Of a stretch of 64,000 nt of DNA, positions 47,589-56,343 are shown one piece after another. This stretch comes from Candidatus Woesebacteria bacterium (GTDB lineage Bacteria; Patescibacteriota; Microgenomatia; UBA8517), in contig JAGVAE010000002.1 in assembly GCA_020060565.1 (NCBI GenBank), forward strand, positions 19,974 to 83,973. Direction: 5' to 3'. Made by a program: the position numbers and the translations under genes. The notes beneath the pieces are model-generated. The model searched no databases and was not told the DNA's origin. It saw nothing but the letters and a program-made list of their open reading frames with translations. Positions within the stretch are counted from its first letter, which is position 1, and every line of letters starts with the position of its first letter.

Positions 47589-48155
47589 TTATTTTATTCT
47601 TCCCAAATACTCTTTTGTGGTTGTATCAATGGAGACTTTTTCACCAGTTTTAATGAATATTGGTACCATAACTTCCATCCCCGTCTCTACTTTTACGGTT
47701 TTCTTGGGAGAGTTAATTCTGTTGCCTGCTACATCATTTGGAGATTCAATTACTTTTAATGTAACATTTGGCGGTAAGCTTACCCCGATTGGCTCCCCTT
47801 TATACCAAAGCGTCCAACATTTTAAGTTTGGAATTAAAAAGCCAACCTGATCCTCAACTAGATTAAGGGGGATATTTGCCTGATCGTAAGTCTTGGAGTT
47901 CATAAATACTATTTCATCCCCTGCCCTATATAAAAATTCCATCTCGCGTTTGTCAACATCTGCTACCTCAACCTGTTCATTGGTTTTATAAGTAAATTCA
48001 ATTGCAGCTCCTGTTTCTACACTTTTATATTTAACACGCATAACAGCAGCCCCTTTTCCTGGAGACATGAAGTCAGCCTTTGTAACCTGATGGGGTTTAC
48101 CTTTGAAAATAAGGTACATACCCTTTTGAATGTTTCCTGCGTCTACTGTGACCAT
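47589..48155 (-). CDS. efp: elongation factor P
   Basis: MVTVDAGNIQKGMYLIFKGKPHQV...SPGKGAAVMRVKYKSVETG (loop with modifiable Lys in KGAA). 188 aa. Confidence 0.9.
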   Translation of the reverse strand: MVTVDAGNIQKGMYLIFKGKPHQVTKADFMSPGKGAAVMRVKYKSVETGAAIEFTYKTNEQVEVADVDKREMEFLYRAGDEIVFMNSKTYDQANIPLNLVEDQVGFLIPNLKCWTLWYKGEPIGVSLPPNVTLKVIESPNDVAGNRINSPKKTVKVETGMEVMVPIFIKTGEKVSIDTTTKEYLGRIK

Positions 48156-48194
48156 AAATTAAAAATAAATTGATCTTTTATTCGACTGAAAGTT

Positions 48195-48509
48195 CTATTG
48201 TTTTCTATTTTGAATACAGGGTGCGTTGTGTGTTTTCATTAAGGTTTGAGCATGATCATAAAAACCATCTGCAATTGCTGTTTCTGCCCCTCTCATTGAT
48301 CCCTCAACTTTAATAAATGTGGTGCAATGTCGCTCTTTCTGAATGTAACACTCCTCACACGCTTTATTGCAAGTTTTAAGATATTCTTCAAAATCTTCAT
48401 CCCCCATCCCTTCAGATCTTATAAGAGTAATAATTGCCTTACCCCCTTCCCCAAATGGAGAATCAACAACTTCTGTCCCGTAGGTAAATGCTTTCGTATT
48501 TTCTTTCAT
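48195..48509 (-). CDS. hypothetical Cys-rich protein
   Basis: 104 aa with CNKACEECY...HC...C pattern. Confidence 0.35.
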   Translation of the reverse strand: MKENTKAFTYGTEVVDSPFGEGGKAIITLIRSEGMGDEDFEEYLKTCNKACEECYIQKERHCTTFIKVEGSMRGAETAIADGFYDHAQTLMKTHNAPCIQNRKQ

Positions 48510-48535
48510 TTAAGTGTGACTATATCACTTTTTAC

Positions 48536-49516
48536 TTAAAGGTCAAAGAGTTCGCTGTCTGGGAAGAAAATTGTATCAGAAACTGCTAACGTATCGGCTG
48601 CAAGCATTACAAGTCTATCCACTCCAACCGCAATTCCAGATGAAGCTGGCATTCCACTTTTTAGAGCTTCGATAAAATCCTCATCAATTGGAAAGGCCGT
48701 TTTACCCTGAGCCTGGCGAAGGGCCAAATCTTTCTCAAAACGCTCACGTTGAAGATTGGCGTCTATTAATTCTGAAAAACAGTTCCCAAGCTCAACTCCT
48801 GCAATAAATACTTCAAAGCGCTCTGCATACTTTGGATTATCTTTTTTGGGTCTGGCAAGAGAAGCTTGAGAAATTGGATAGTCATATAAAAATACTGGTT
48901 TTTTGCTTTTTAGAATATGGGGTTCAACTTCATTAAAAAATATTTGATAGAAATCTTCATCTTTTATGTCATCTAGATTCTTTCCCGCATACTTTTTAAA
49001 TGCTTCGGCAAATGAAATTCTTGGCCAGGGTTTTGTTAGATCGTACATTTCTCCTTGGTAATTTAGTTCATCTTTACCAATAATTTTGATAAACAAATCT
49101 TCAAAATCTTCCATTATGTCAAAATAATCTGCGTTAACCCTATACCACTCAAGAATAGTAAATTCAGGTGAATGGAGTCTACTTATTTCTTCCTCATTTC
49201 TAAAAGATTTAGTTATTTCAAAACAATTTCCCACCCCTGCCGCAAGAAGTCTTTTTATTGCATATTCAGGGCTACTTATTAAGTATGCTTTACGCTTTAT
49301 GCCCTTTGCTGTACGCAATTCCGTTTGAAAAACTTCTAAATTCGGTTCGATGGAGGGAACGGGAACCAAAATAGGAGTAAAAACCTCATGAAAATCCCTA
49401 TCCTTAAAGAACTTTCGGATTACGTCAATTACTTTTTCTCTTACTAAATACTGATTAAGTTGTTTGGAGTTACTTTTTATAATCTGCCAAGTTTTCATTG
49501 GTCTATATAATATCAT
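48536..49516 (-). CDS. epmA: EF-P lysyltransferase EpmA-like (class II LysRS paralogue lacking anticodon-binding domain)
   Basis: Class II aaRS catalytic core motifs (FHEVFTPIL, FRNEE...SPEFTILEWY, GIAVGVDRLVML). 326 aa. Immediately adjacent to efp. Confidence 0.75.
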   Translation of the reverse strand: MILYRPMKTWQIIKSNSKQLNQYLVREKVIDVIRKFFKDRDFHEVFTPILVPVPSIEPNLEVFQTELRTAKGIKRKAYLISSPEYAIKRLLAAGVGNCFEITKSFRNEEEISRLHSPEFTILEWYRVNADYFDIMEDFEDLFIKIIGKDELNYQGEMYDLTKPWPRISFAEAFKKYAGKNLDDIKDEDFYQIFFNEVEPHILKSKKPVFLYDYPISQASLARPKKDNPKYAERFEVFIAGVELGNCFSELIDANLQRERFEKDLALRQAQGKTAFPIDEDFIEALKSGMPASSGIAVGVDRLVMLAADTLAVSDTIFFPDSELFDL

Positions 49517-50864
49517 TAAACACTATCTCTTGATTAAGTGTGGGTAAAACAACGTTTTTAATACTTAATTCCTCTGAAATTTTTTTGGAAAGAGCTTCGC
49601 GGGAAGAATCTTCTCCATGGGTTAGAATAACTTTTTTTACATTTTTAATATGTTTTAACCAATTAATTAGTTGATCCTGATCCGCGTGTGAACTCATTGC
49701 CTGAGTGTCTTTAACCGACGCTTTTACATTAATTCTAAAGCCATCAATGTTTACATCTTTTGCCCCTTCAAGTAGTTCCCTTCCTAAAGTTCCTTCTGCT
49801 TGATATCCAACTATAAGAAGACGGGAAGATTCAATTGGTAAATAATAAATGGCATGATTTCTGATACGTCCACCGTTCATCATGCCACTTCCGGCAATAA
49901 TTACTTTAGGTCCTGGATTATCATGTAAGGCTGCACTTTCTCCCCCTTTCCCAACTATTACAAGCCCAGGAAAATCAAAAATGCTTCCTATTTTGAGATC
50001 GTCTTGTATGCGAGAATTAAAATATTGAGGATAGTTCACATATACCCTGGTGGCTTTTTCTGCCATGGGACTGTCTAAAAATACTGGTGTTTCGTTTTTC
50101 ACTTTTCCCTCTTTTTTAAGATGCATAATCATATGAAGTAGTTCCTGGGTTCTATCAAGGGAAAATGTTGGAATCATGAGTGTTCCACCTTTTTTTTCAA
50201 TTGTGTTAATTTCAGATACTACTGTTTCTGTGGGATCTAAATTGGGATGAAGCCTGTCTCCATAAGTTGACTCCATAACAACCACATCTGCTTCATTTAT
50301 AAGTTCTGTTTCTTTTTCCAAATCTTCGGGAGAGTTCCCCAAATCTCCGCTAAATACAATTTTTTTTATCTCTCCATCTGCTTTGTTGTCAGTTATTTCA
50401 AGACTGGCAGATCCTAAAATGTGTCCAGCGTCCCGAAATGTAACTGTAAAATCCCCTATTTGCTTTGGAATTCGATAATCAACTGTTTCAAACTTTAAAA
50501 CTGTTTGAACTGCTAAATTATGATCATACAAGGCTTTAGCTTTGTCTTCTTTTGCAATTTTTGCACTGTCATAGAGTGTGATTTCGGTTAAATCGCGTGT
50601 TGGGGGTGTCATCCAAATATTTCCCTTAAAGCCGTTTGACAAAAGTATTGGCAATCTTCCAGAGTGATCAAGGTGCGCGTGGGTTAAAACTGCAGCGGTA
50701 AGTTTACTGAAATCATACTCTGGAACAGCATAATTGAGTTTTTCTGTTTCGGCCAACCCCTGAAACATTCCCAAATCAATTAAGATTGAACTCCCTGAAC
50801 CCGACGTTAATACATAAGAGGATCCCGTAACCATTCCCGAAGCTCCAAGAAATTTAAGTTGCAT
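49503..50864 (-). CDS. beta-CASP family MBL-fold ribonuclease (RNase J/CPSF-like)
   Basis: LTHAHLDHSGRLP (HxHxDH) metallo-beta-lactamase motif plus beta-CASP region. 453 aa. Confidence 0.75.
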   Translation of the reverse strand: MQLKFLGASGMVTGSSYVLTSGSGSSILIDLGMFQGLAETEKLNYAVPEYDFSKLTAAVLTHAHLDHSGRLPILLSNGFKGNIWMTPPTRDLTEITLYDSAKIAKEDKAKALYDHNLAVQTVLKFETVDYRIPKQIGDFTVTFRDAGHILGSASLEITDNKADGEIKKIVFSGDLGNSPEDLEKETELINEADVVVMESTYGDRLHPNLDPTETVVSEINTIEKKGGTLMIPTFSLDRTQELLHMIMHLKKEGKVKNETPVFLDSPMAEKATRVYVNYPQYFNSRIQDDLKIGSIFDFPGLVIVGKGGESAALHDNPGPKVIIAGSGMMNGGRIRNHAIYYLPIESSRLLIVGYQAEGTLGRELLEGAKDVNIDGFRINVKASVKDTQAMSSHADQDQLINWLKHIKNVKKVILTHGEDSSREALSKKISEELSIKNVVLPTLNQEIVFNDII

Positions 50865-50899
50865 CCATTTAACTCTACATTATGTGGTACAATACAGCT

Positions 50900-51343
50900 A
50901 TGGGAAATTTTGGAAGAGATGATAGGGGTGGATTCGGTCGTGGCGGTGGTCGTGGCGGATTTTCATCCAGAGGACGATCGACCTTTGGCCGAGGTGGAGG
51001 TTTTGATAGAGGTGGAGATAGGGGTGACAGACCAATGTTTAAAACCACATGTAGTAACTGCGGAAAAGATTGTGAAGTTCCTTTTAGACCAACAAACGGA
51101 AAGCCTGTTTACTGTAGTGAATGTTTTGAGAAAATGGGTAATGGTGATAGACGCGATGCCCCAAGAAACGATTTTAGATCACCTTCCCCAATTTCAAATC
51201 AAAGTAGCGTTCAAATTGATGCTATAAATGCCAAATTGGATAGAATTTTGGGGCTTTTGGAACCTAAAAAGATCGAGGAAATTAAAGAAGTCGAGGCTCC
51301 AAAAATCAAAAAAGCAGTTAAGAAAGCTACTGTTAAAAAATAA
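50900..51343 (+). CDS. RGG/Gly-Arg-rich protein with CxxC-x17-CxxC zinc ribbon (putative nucleic-acid binding)
   Basis: GRDDRGGFGRGGGRGGFSSRGRSTFGRGGGFDRGGDRGDR then CSNCGKDCEVPFRPTNGKPVYCSECF. Lys-rich tail. Confidence 0.5.
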   Translation: MGNFGRDDRGGFGRGGGRGGFSSRGRSTFGRGGGFDRGGDRGDRPMFKTTCSNCGKDCEVPFRPTNGKPVYCSECFEKMGNGDRRDAPRNDFRSPSPISNQSSVQIDAINAKLDRILGLLEPKKIEEIKEVEAPKIKKAVKKATVKK

Positions 51344-51347
51344 TCTT

Positions 51348-51662
51348 CTATTTCTTTCCCTTTTTCCAAGAACTCCAAACAAAAAGTGTGCCAATGATAA
51401 ATGCTGGGACAGATATAATCAATGATTCAAAATGGGTAAAAACTAACATTACAAACCCTGCAGCCATGAAAACGAACCCTCCTACCTTTTCATTCTTCCA
51501 GGCTATTATGGTTAGAGCTATTAAAACAAAGCTGGGAATTAGATGCATGAATAGTGCCAGATACCATTGAGGTTCACTAAAAACATCGAGTGCAAACATA
51601 CTAATAAAGACAATATATAAAATTGCCAAAGTTCTAGGTAGCCAAAAGAAGATTCGTTTCAC
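51348..51662 (-). CDS. small membrane protein (hypothetical)
   Basis: 104 aa with three TM helices. Confidence 0.4.
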   Translation of the reverse strand: MKRIFFWLPRTLAILYIVFISMFALDVFSEPQWYLALFMHLIPSFVLIALTIIAWKNEKVGGFVFMAAGFVMLVFTHFESLIISVPAFIIGTLFVWSSWKKGKK

Positions 51663-51666
51663 TTTT

Positions 51667-52095
51667 TTATTTTACGCCACCCCACCTCCACATAAAAGCA
51701 GTTATATTGAAGCCGCCACTTGTCAGATTTACAGCTTTTTTGAGTTCATACTGGCTGATTGTTTTTGCTAACGGTTCGCGATCGGGAATATTACCCGTGT
51801 AATAACTTTGTAAAACTGGTAAAGCTATAGGATCTCCAAGTTGTCCCAGCGCCCAGATTGCTGAATTTCTATCCTTAAACCCCCTATTCTCATCATTAAG
51901 AAGTGCGATTAGCGACTCCGTACAATCCCCACCATATTGGCTTTGTGCATCCCGACACTGCTGCTTAACCTCATAACCAATCCAACTACAAGTAATCACA
52001 AAAAACAAAAGGGAGATACTGACCCCAATCGCACCAATGTATAAAATTGTTTGTTTAATGTCTTTAATTCTCATTTTCAATAAATATATCCTCAA
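51667..52095 (-). CDS. membrane-anchored HEAT-repeat (PBS-lyase-like) protein
   Basis: TM helix then AIWALGQLGDPIALPVLQ HEAT/PBS-type repeat. Confidence 0.45.
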   Translation of the reverse strand: MRIYLLKMRIKDIKQTILYIGAIGVSISLLFFVITCSWIGYEVKQQCRDAQSQYGGDCTESLIALLNDENRGFKDRNSAIWALGQLGDPIALPVLQSYYTGNIPDREPLAKTISQYELKKAVNLTSGGFNITAFMWRWGGVK

Positions 52096-52270
52096 CCTTT
52101 ACTTTAAACAGTCTTGATATTTTAAATGCCAACCCAAGGGAGGGTAAGTATTTATCACTTTCTATTGCAATAATTGTCTGTCTGGTTACTCCTATTTTAT
52201 CTGCCAATTCTTCTTGTGTTAAATTGTGCATCGCCCGATAAACTTTCAGGTTATTCTTCATCTCCCCCAC
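52064..52270 (-). CDS. XRE-family HTH transcriptional regulator (YozG-like)
   Basis: LTQEELADKIGVTRQTIIAIE helix-turn-helix. 68 aa. Confidence 0.8.
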   Translation of the reverse strand: MGEMKNNLKVYRAMHNLTQEELADKIGVTRQTIIAIESDKYLPSLGLAFKISRLFKVKVEDIFIENEN

Positions 52271-52673
52271 CTCCGTATTTTCTATTTAAAAAGTAATACG
52301 AAATGGCATATATTGATATTAGAAATAAAGACAAGTAGGCAAATATCATTCCTAAAGATTCTAAATAAACAAATTCACCCTTGGAAAAAACAGATAGACC
52401 ACTTAAAGAAGGTATTAAAAGCAAAAATGCTCCAATTCCTATGGTTGGAGCAAAAATAGCATAGGTCAATTGGGCTGCTTTTTCTCTTATGGTTTTTTCC
52501 CTTTCATCAACAATTATTTTTGCTCTTGATCGTACTAGACCAAGAAACAACATTCCAGTTAGCACTCCTATTACTGCCAAAAGATAACTATCAAGACTAA
52601 CCGCAAAGGAGACAATGGCTCCAACAAAGAGGGCAACAAATACTCTTGCTTGTTTGTATCTTTTGATGTTCAT
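52251..52673 (-). CDS. DUF2975-like membrane protein (usual partner of small XRE regulators)
   Basis: 140 aa with four TM helices. Overlaps the XRE gene by 20 nt in operon arrangement. Confidence 0.5.
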   Translation of the reverse strand: MNIKRYKQARVFVALFVGAIVSFAVSLDSYLLAVIGVLTGMLFLGLVRSRAKIIVDEREKTIREKAAQLTYAIFAPTIGIGAFLLLIPSLSGLSVFSKGEFVYLESLGMIFAYLSLFLISIYAISYYFLNRKYGGGGDEE

Positions 52674-52728
52674 GAGAGAAATGTAACATATAGTTTACAT
52701 TTTGTCAAATATTAATTACTAAAAATGA

Positions 52729-52737
52729 TGGTATAAT
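52729..52737 (+). promoter_or_regulatory. extended -10 promoter element (TGgTATAAT)
   Basis: Located in the divergent intergenic region, roughly 35 nt upstream of the RNHCP open frame. Confidence 0.4.
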
Positions 52738-52786
52738 ATCCATGGATGGTTAAATTTAGACATATTTATAAAGGTTTTGTAGGAAT

Positions 52787-52807
52787 CAGACATCTTTCAG
52801 ATGTCTG
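52787..52807. promoter_or_regulatory. perfect inverted repeat CAGACATCT-ttc-AGATGTCTG (candidate operator)
   Basis: 9-bp arms with a 3-nt spacer immediately downstream of the extended -10 element. Lies in the divergent region shared with the XRE/DUF2975 operon. Confidence 0.3.
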
Positions 52808-52888
52808 AGCTGTCATGCCATCATATCCAATACTTCTTTAGGAACTAAGCATCGTAATCATTGCCCGCTTTGTTTATGGTCAAAACAC

Positions 52889-53176
52889 TTGGATCTTAAT
52901 ACCCCAGGAGATAGAAGATCTTCCTGTGGAGCAAAAATGAAACCAATCGGGCTTACTTTTAAGAAGGATGGAGAAATCATGATAGTTCACAGATGTCTTA
53001 ATTGTGGCAAAATCTCACCAAATAGAATCGCTGGGGATGATAATTCAGACTCAATTCTTGCTCTTCTTGATAAACAACAACCAGTTAAAACCAAAGTCCA
53101 TCTGTTGACACCACAAGAGAAAGACCAGGTTCTTGTCGCCCTTTTTGGTCATGGCTTTACCGAACGAATAGTCTGA
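52889..53176 (+). CDS. RNHCP-domain protein (annotated from TTG; conserved domain extends upstream to about 52772)
   Basis: Upstream in-frame sequence FRCLSCHAIISNTSLGTKHRNHCPLCLWSKHLD contains the family-defining RNHCP motif and the first CxxC. There is no ATG/GTG between the in-frame stop (52769-71) and TTG 52889. Confidence 0.55.
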   Translation: MDLNTPGDRRSSCGAKMKPIGLTFKKDGEIMIVHRCLNCGKISPNRIAGDDNSDSILALLDKQQPVKTKVHLLTPQEKDQVLVALFGHGFTERIV

Positions 53177-53777
53177 ATAGCCATCCAAATAAGCTTGCAG
53201 TTTTTTCCTCAGTATTAATAAGTTCTTGTAAGGATGTGTTTTCTTGAACTAGTGCTTGTATTGTTTCTTGAACGGTTGTTAATTCTGCATTATCAACAAG
53301 TTGGTTCTGTAATTGTTCCAACTCTTGAATCCTTAATCTATTTTGTTCAAGAAGCCTTTCAAGATTTTTAATTGCTCCAAAATCTGAACCTATCAGGGAC
53401 TTTAAAGAATCTTTCCTACTTTCAATTTTATTAATTTGTTCCTGAATCTGAGTTTGGGCTTGATCCTGTTCTTGAGCAATTTTCCTTACCTGCTCACCAA
53501 TTCCCCCAGATGTTCTGGTTTGTAATAATTCCTGAACCTTTTGAGCAACAATGCTCATGTTTTGAACCGCTGCTTGGTTGCGAGTTTGCAAACCTTCTTT
53601 CTGTTCTCCAAGGTTTTCTTGCTCTTGAGTAGTAACTTGTAACTGCTTTTCTTCTCCCGTGTTTTGAGTATTAATCTGGTTTTGATTTTGTTGTCCTTGT
53701 TGGCCTGAAATTACATTAGGGAAAGCAAAGATCAAAGCTAGTAGTAAAACTAATAGTATTTTTTTAATAATAATCAC
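53157..53777 (-). CDS. secreted Gln/Glu-rich coiled-coil protein (hypothetical)
   Basis: Signal peptide then a long QEQ-rich coiled coil. Confidence 0.45.
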   Translation of the reverse strand: MIIIKKILLVLLLALIFAFPNVISGQQGQQNQNQINTQNTGEEKQLQVTTQEQENLGEQKEGLQTRNQAAVQNMSIVAQKVQELLQTRTSGGIGEQVRKIAQEQDQAQTQIQEQINKIESRKDSLKSLIGSDFGAIKNLERLLEQNRLRIQELEQLQNQLVDNAELTTVQETIQALVQENTSLQELINTEEKTASLFGWLFRLFVR

Positions 53778-53826
53778 CCCCCGTCTTTACACACTATAAC
53801 AAAAAATGATTGAGGTGTTTGAAATA

Positions 53827-54780
53827 TTAACCAAATAATCCATTACCTATTTCAAACAAAACAAAAATTACGTAGATGCCCAAAAGAATAAAGCCCTCTT
53901 TTTTTGATATTTCTTCTTTGGATTGAGCAAAATAATAGAAAAGTCCCAAACCCGATGCTATAAATAAAAATGTAATTATGAAACTGTCAAAAGTAAACAC
54001 TTCACCATCATTTACAAGAGTAAAAATGCCAAATAACAATACATTGGATGCAGCTGAACCTAGATAGTCACCAAAGGCTATGTCTTTTTTCCCTGATATT
54101 ATGGCGCGTACTGCTATGGATATTTCGGGAATATTTGCTCCAAGTGACAAAACTATAATACTGATATAAAAAGCTGGAATATTTAGAATCTCAGCAAAAG
54201 ACAATGTTTGAGAAACAATAAAACGGCTTGAAATAAAAACTATCCCAATTCCAGCAGCAACTTTGGCCAAATCCAAGAAAGAATATGACTTTGTTGAAAG
54301 AATTTCTGTGTTGTTTTCTTGTAAAAATCCATGTTTTCTTTGAATAAAATAAAAAATAACAACATAAGCCAAAACTAAAAGAATTCCTTCGAAATTGGTT
54401 ACTTTATGATCAATAACAACTAATCCAGGAGCTGCAATAACAGCCAAAAGTCCTATTAAGCTTTTGTTATCAAGACTGTGATTTAATTTAACTCCTTTAC
54501 CTAGTATTGCCAATAATGGAATTATGAAAAGAAAGATTACTATTATTCCCCCCAAAAGTGTTCCTACAAAAACTTCGGGCCTTTTATCAATTACAGCATT
54601 AATACTAACCGCTGCTTCTGGAATTGATGTAAGAATACCCAAGACAAAAAATGATACTGCAAACGAAGAAAGTCTAAGTCTGTGAGCAATCTTATCGACA
54701 GATTTAATAACTATTCCTGCCCCAAACCAAATGGCAATAAAGGATAAAATATATAGAATCAAACTTATTAACATGTTCAT
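53827..54780 (-). CDS. Ca2+/cation antiporter (CaCA/YrbG family)
   Basis: Two alpha-repeat regions (GILTSIPEAAVSINAV and GDYLGSAASNVLLFG) in a 10-TM protein. Confidence 0.7.
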   Translation of the reverse strand: MNMLISLILYILSFIAIWFGAGIVIKSVDKIAHRLRLSSFAVSFFVLGILTSIPEAAVSINAVIDKRPEVFVGTLLGGIIVIFLFIIPLLAILGKGVKLNHSLDNKSLIGLLAVIAAPGLVVIDHKVTNFEGILLVLAYVVIFYFIQRKHGFLQENNTEILSTKSYSFLDLAKVAAGIGIVFISSRFIVSQTLSFAEILNIPAFYISIIVLSLGANIPEISIAVRAIISGKKDIAFGDYLGSAASNVLLFGIFTLVNDGEVFTFDSFIITFLFIASGLGLFYYFAQSKEEISKKEGFILLGIYVIFVLFEIGNGLFG

Positions 54781-55001
54781 TGTTTACAGAAACATATTCT
54801 CATCATACAAGATTAAAATCAACCCAATTGAAGAACTTACGAAACCGCAGACTTCCTGCAAATGGTTTCCCGCCATATCCTTACACACTCAAAACAAGTC
54901 AGAAGGTCATAAATATATAATAATATTGAAGTAACACACTAAAGAGTTGCTCGCATTGGTATACAGGCTTCGAGATTGGGTTGTTTCAAATCCGACAAAC
55001 T

Positions 55002-55589
55002 TTATTCCCTACCAACCTGCCTTTGTCTAATTAATAGCATTACGGCAAACAAACTATTACCCAATAGCCAGGTTATTGGGTAAAGAGCAGTAACAATCGA
55101 ATATGTCTGTAAAGCAACCACAGCTAGACCAAATCGTAATGAATTTAAATAATAGAACGAAAGAGTTTCGGTAAAAGGTCTTTTCCACGATTTCCTAATT
55201 GTAGGTGCAAATCCAAGTAGATCAACCAAAGTAGTAAGGATTGCAGAAAGGATTGGTTGTTTGGCTATTAGCCAGAGCCCAAGAGCAATAATCGCAAGAA
55301 TTAGAAAAAAAGTATCGATTTTAACTATTTTTATACGACTCTTATATCTAAACCCTAAAACAATAACAGCTATACACATTAGTGCCGCAGCAAGAGTAAC
55401 GAAGGCCCCCGTTCCCGCTCCACCGCTTATTTGAAGTGCAAAAGCTATCAAAGTAACAAAGCACCACAAGAACCAACTATAAATATGCGGTTTTGTTTTA
55501 CCTTTTACTATATCTCGAAGGTACGGAATATAACCAATAAAAACTAATGCTGTGGCAACTATCCCCAAAATACTTTTTAATTCGCTCAT
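55002..55589 (-). CDS. polytopic membrane protein (hypothetical)
   Basis: 195 aa with 6 TM helices. A bulged hairpin GAAACCGCAG...CTGC...GGTTTC downstream (54841-54870) may act as its terminator. Confidence 0.45.
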   Translation of the reverse strand: MSELKSILGIVATALVFIGYIPYLRDIVKGKTKPHIYSWFLWCFVTLIAFALQISGGAGTGAFVTLAAALMCIAVIVLGFRYKSRIKIVKIDTFFLILAIIALGLWLIAKQPILSAILTTLVDLLGFAPTIRKSWKRPFTETLSFYYLNSLRFGLAVVALQTYSIVTALYPITWLLGNSLFAVMLLIRQRQVGRE

Positions 55590-55660
55590 ACAAGATGTAT
55601 TTTACTAGGAAGTTCTAAGTATTACACTTGGTTTATCAAAGTTGAATCTAAAAATCTATG

Positions 55661-55953
55661 CTCCCCGGGCTGGATTCGGACCAGCGACCTTATTCTTACA
55701 ATTGCCCTTCTGTTACCAAAAGGATTGGACTATCTCATCCCGCCTAAATATTAAATTTTTGGTGGGTCAGGTATATAGTCTCTACACATTTACTACGTTC
55801 ATGTAAACTGAACGTGGATTTAGCTCGGGATTACCCAAAGATTTCTCCTAGGGTTTCCCCGAATTAGCCTGATTTTCCACTCCGAATTACTTCGAAGCGC
55901 TGCCTTAGACCTATAGTCGACAGGAATCCGCTCTACCGCTGAGCTACCGGGGA
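55661..55953 (-). tRNA. tRNA-Asn(GTT) interrupted by a group I intron (exon 1 55920-55953, exon 2 55661-55698)
   Basis: Exon 1 TCCCCGGTAGCTCAGCGGTAGAGCGGATTCCTGT + exon 2 TAAGAATAAGGTCGCTGGTCCGAATCCAGCCCGGGGAG gives a 72-nt cloverleaf: U1-A72, D-loop AGCGGUA, anticodon loop CUGUUAA (identical to E. coli tRNA-Asn), T-arm GCTGG-TCCGAAT-CCAGC, G73. CCA not encoded. Confidence 0.75.
55699..55919 (-). mobile_element. group I intron (221 nt) in tRNA-Asn anticodon loop between positions 35 and 36
   Basis: 5' exon ends in U, which can pair with G of the candidate IGS GCAG (in ...AAGGCAGCG...). Intron ends in G (..CAATTG). Core elements resemble R (GTAGAGACTATATACC) and S (GAGATAGTCC), which pair to form P7 (GACTA/TAGTC). 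Too short to encode a protein. Confidence 0.7.
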
Positions 55954-55976
55954 TTATAAAAGAACGCCTGATTATA

Positions 55977-56315
55977 TCAAATAAAGGGATTGTCTGAAAG
56001 CTTGATTAATCCCCCATGGATTTCTCTATGGCAATTTGAACAAACCAGAAGACATTTATCAACTTCCTCCTTAGTTTTTTCCCAACTTCTAGTTAATCCC
56101 CTGGTTGACAAATTAAACCCTTTTTTCTTTTCGTCTAAATGGTGAAAATCTAAAGCGCCAATATATTTAGAATAACCACAGATTTGACATTTACCACCCT
56201 TAAGTTCGACTGCCAGAGATTTTAGCTTTTTTCTTCTTTTGGTTACAGCCAGAACCAAATAATGAGCTCTATCTCTGTATGTTCTAGTCTCTTTCTTTCG
56301 GGTTTTGTTGGGCAT
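55977..56315 (-). CDS. HNH endonuclease (free-standing)
   Basis: CQICG...HHLDEKKKG...N...CSNCHREIH (HNH/zinc-binding). 112 aa. Stop codon is 23 nt upstream of tRNA-Asn exon 1. Confidence 0.8.
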   Translation of the reverse strand: MPNKTRKKETRTYRDRAHYLVLAVTKRRKKLKSLAVELKGGKCQICGYSKYIGALDFHHLDEKKKGFNLSTRGLTRSWEKTKEEVDKCLLVCSNCHREIHGGLIKLSDNPFI

Positions 56316-56343
56316 TATTCATCATAATTCATTTGTTTGTACC

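Noticed and set aside
54781-55001. Possible ncRNA or tRNA fragment (GGTTGTTTCAAATCCGACAAAC resembles a T-arm; bulged hairpin GAAACCGCAG..CTGC..GGTTTC)
   Set aside because: No complete cloverleaf can be built. The hairpin is better explained as a terminator for the upstream membrane-protein gene and the promoter region of the antiporter gene.
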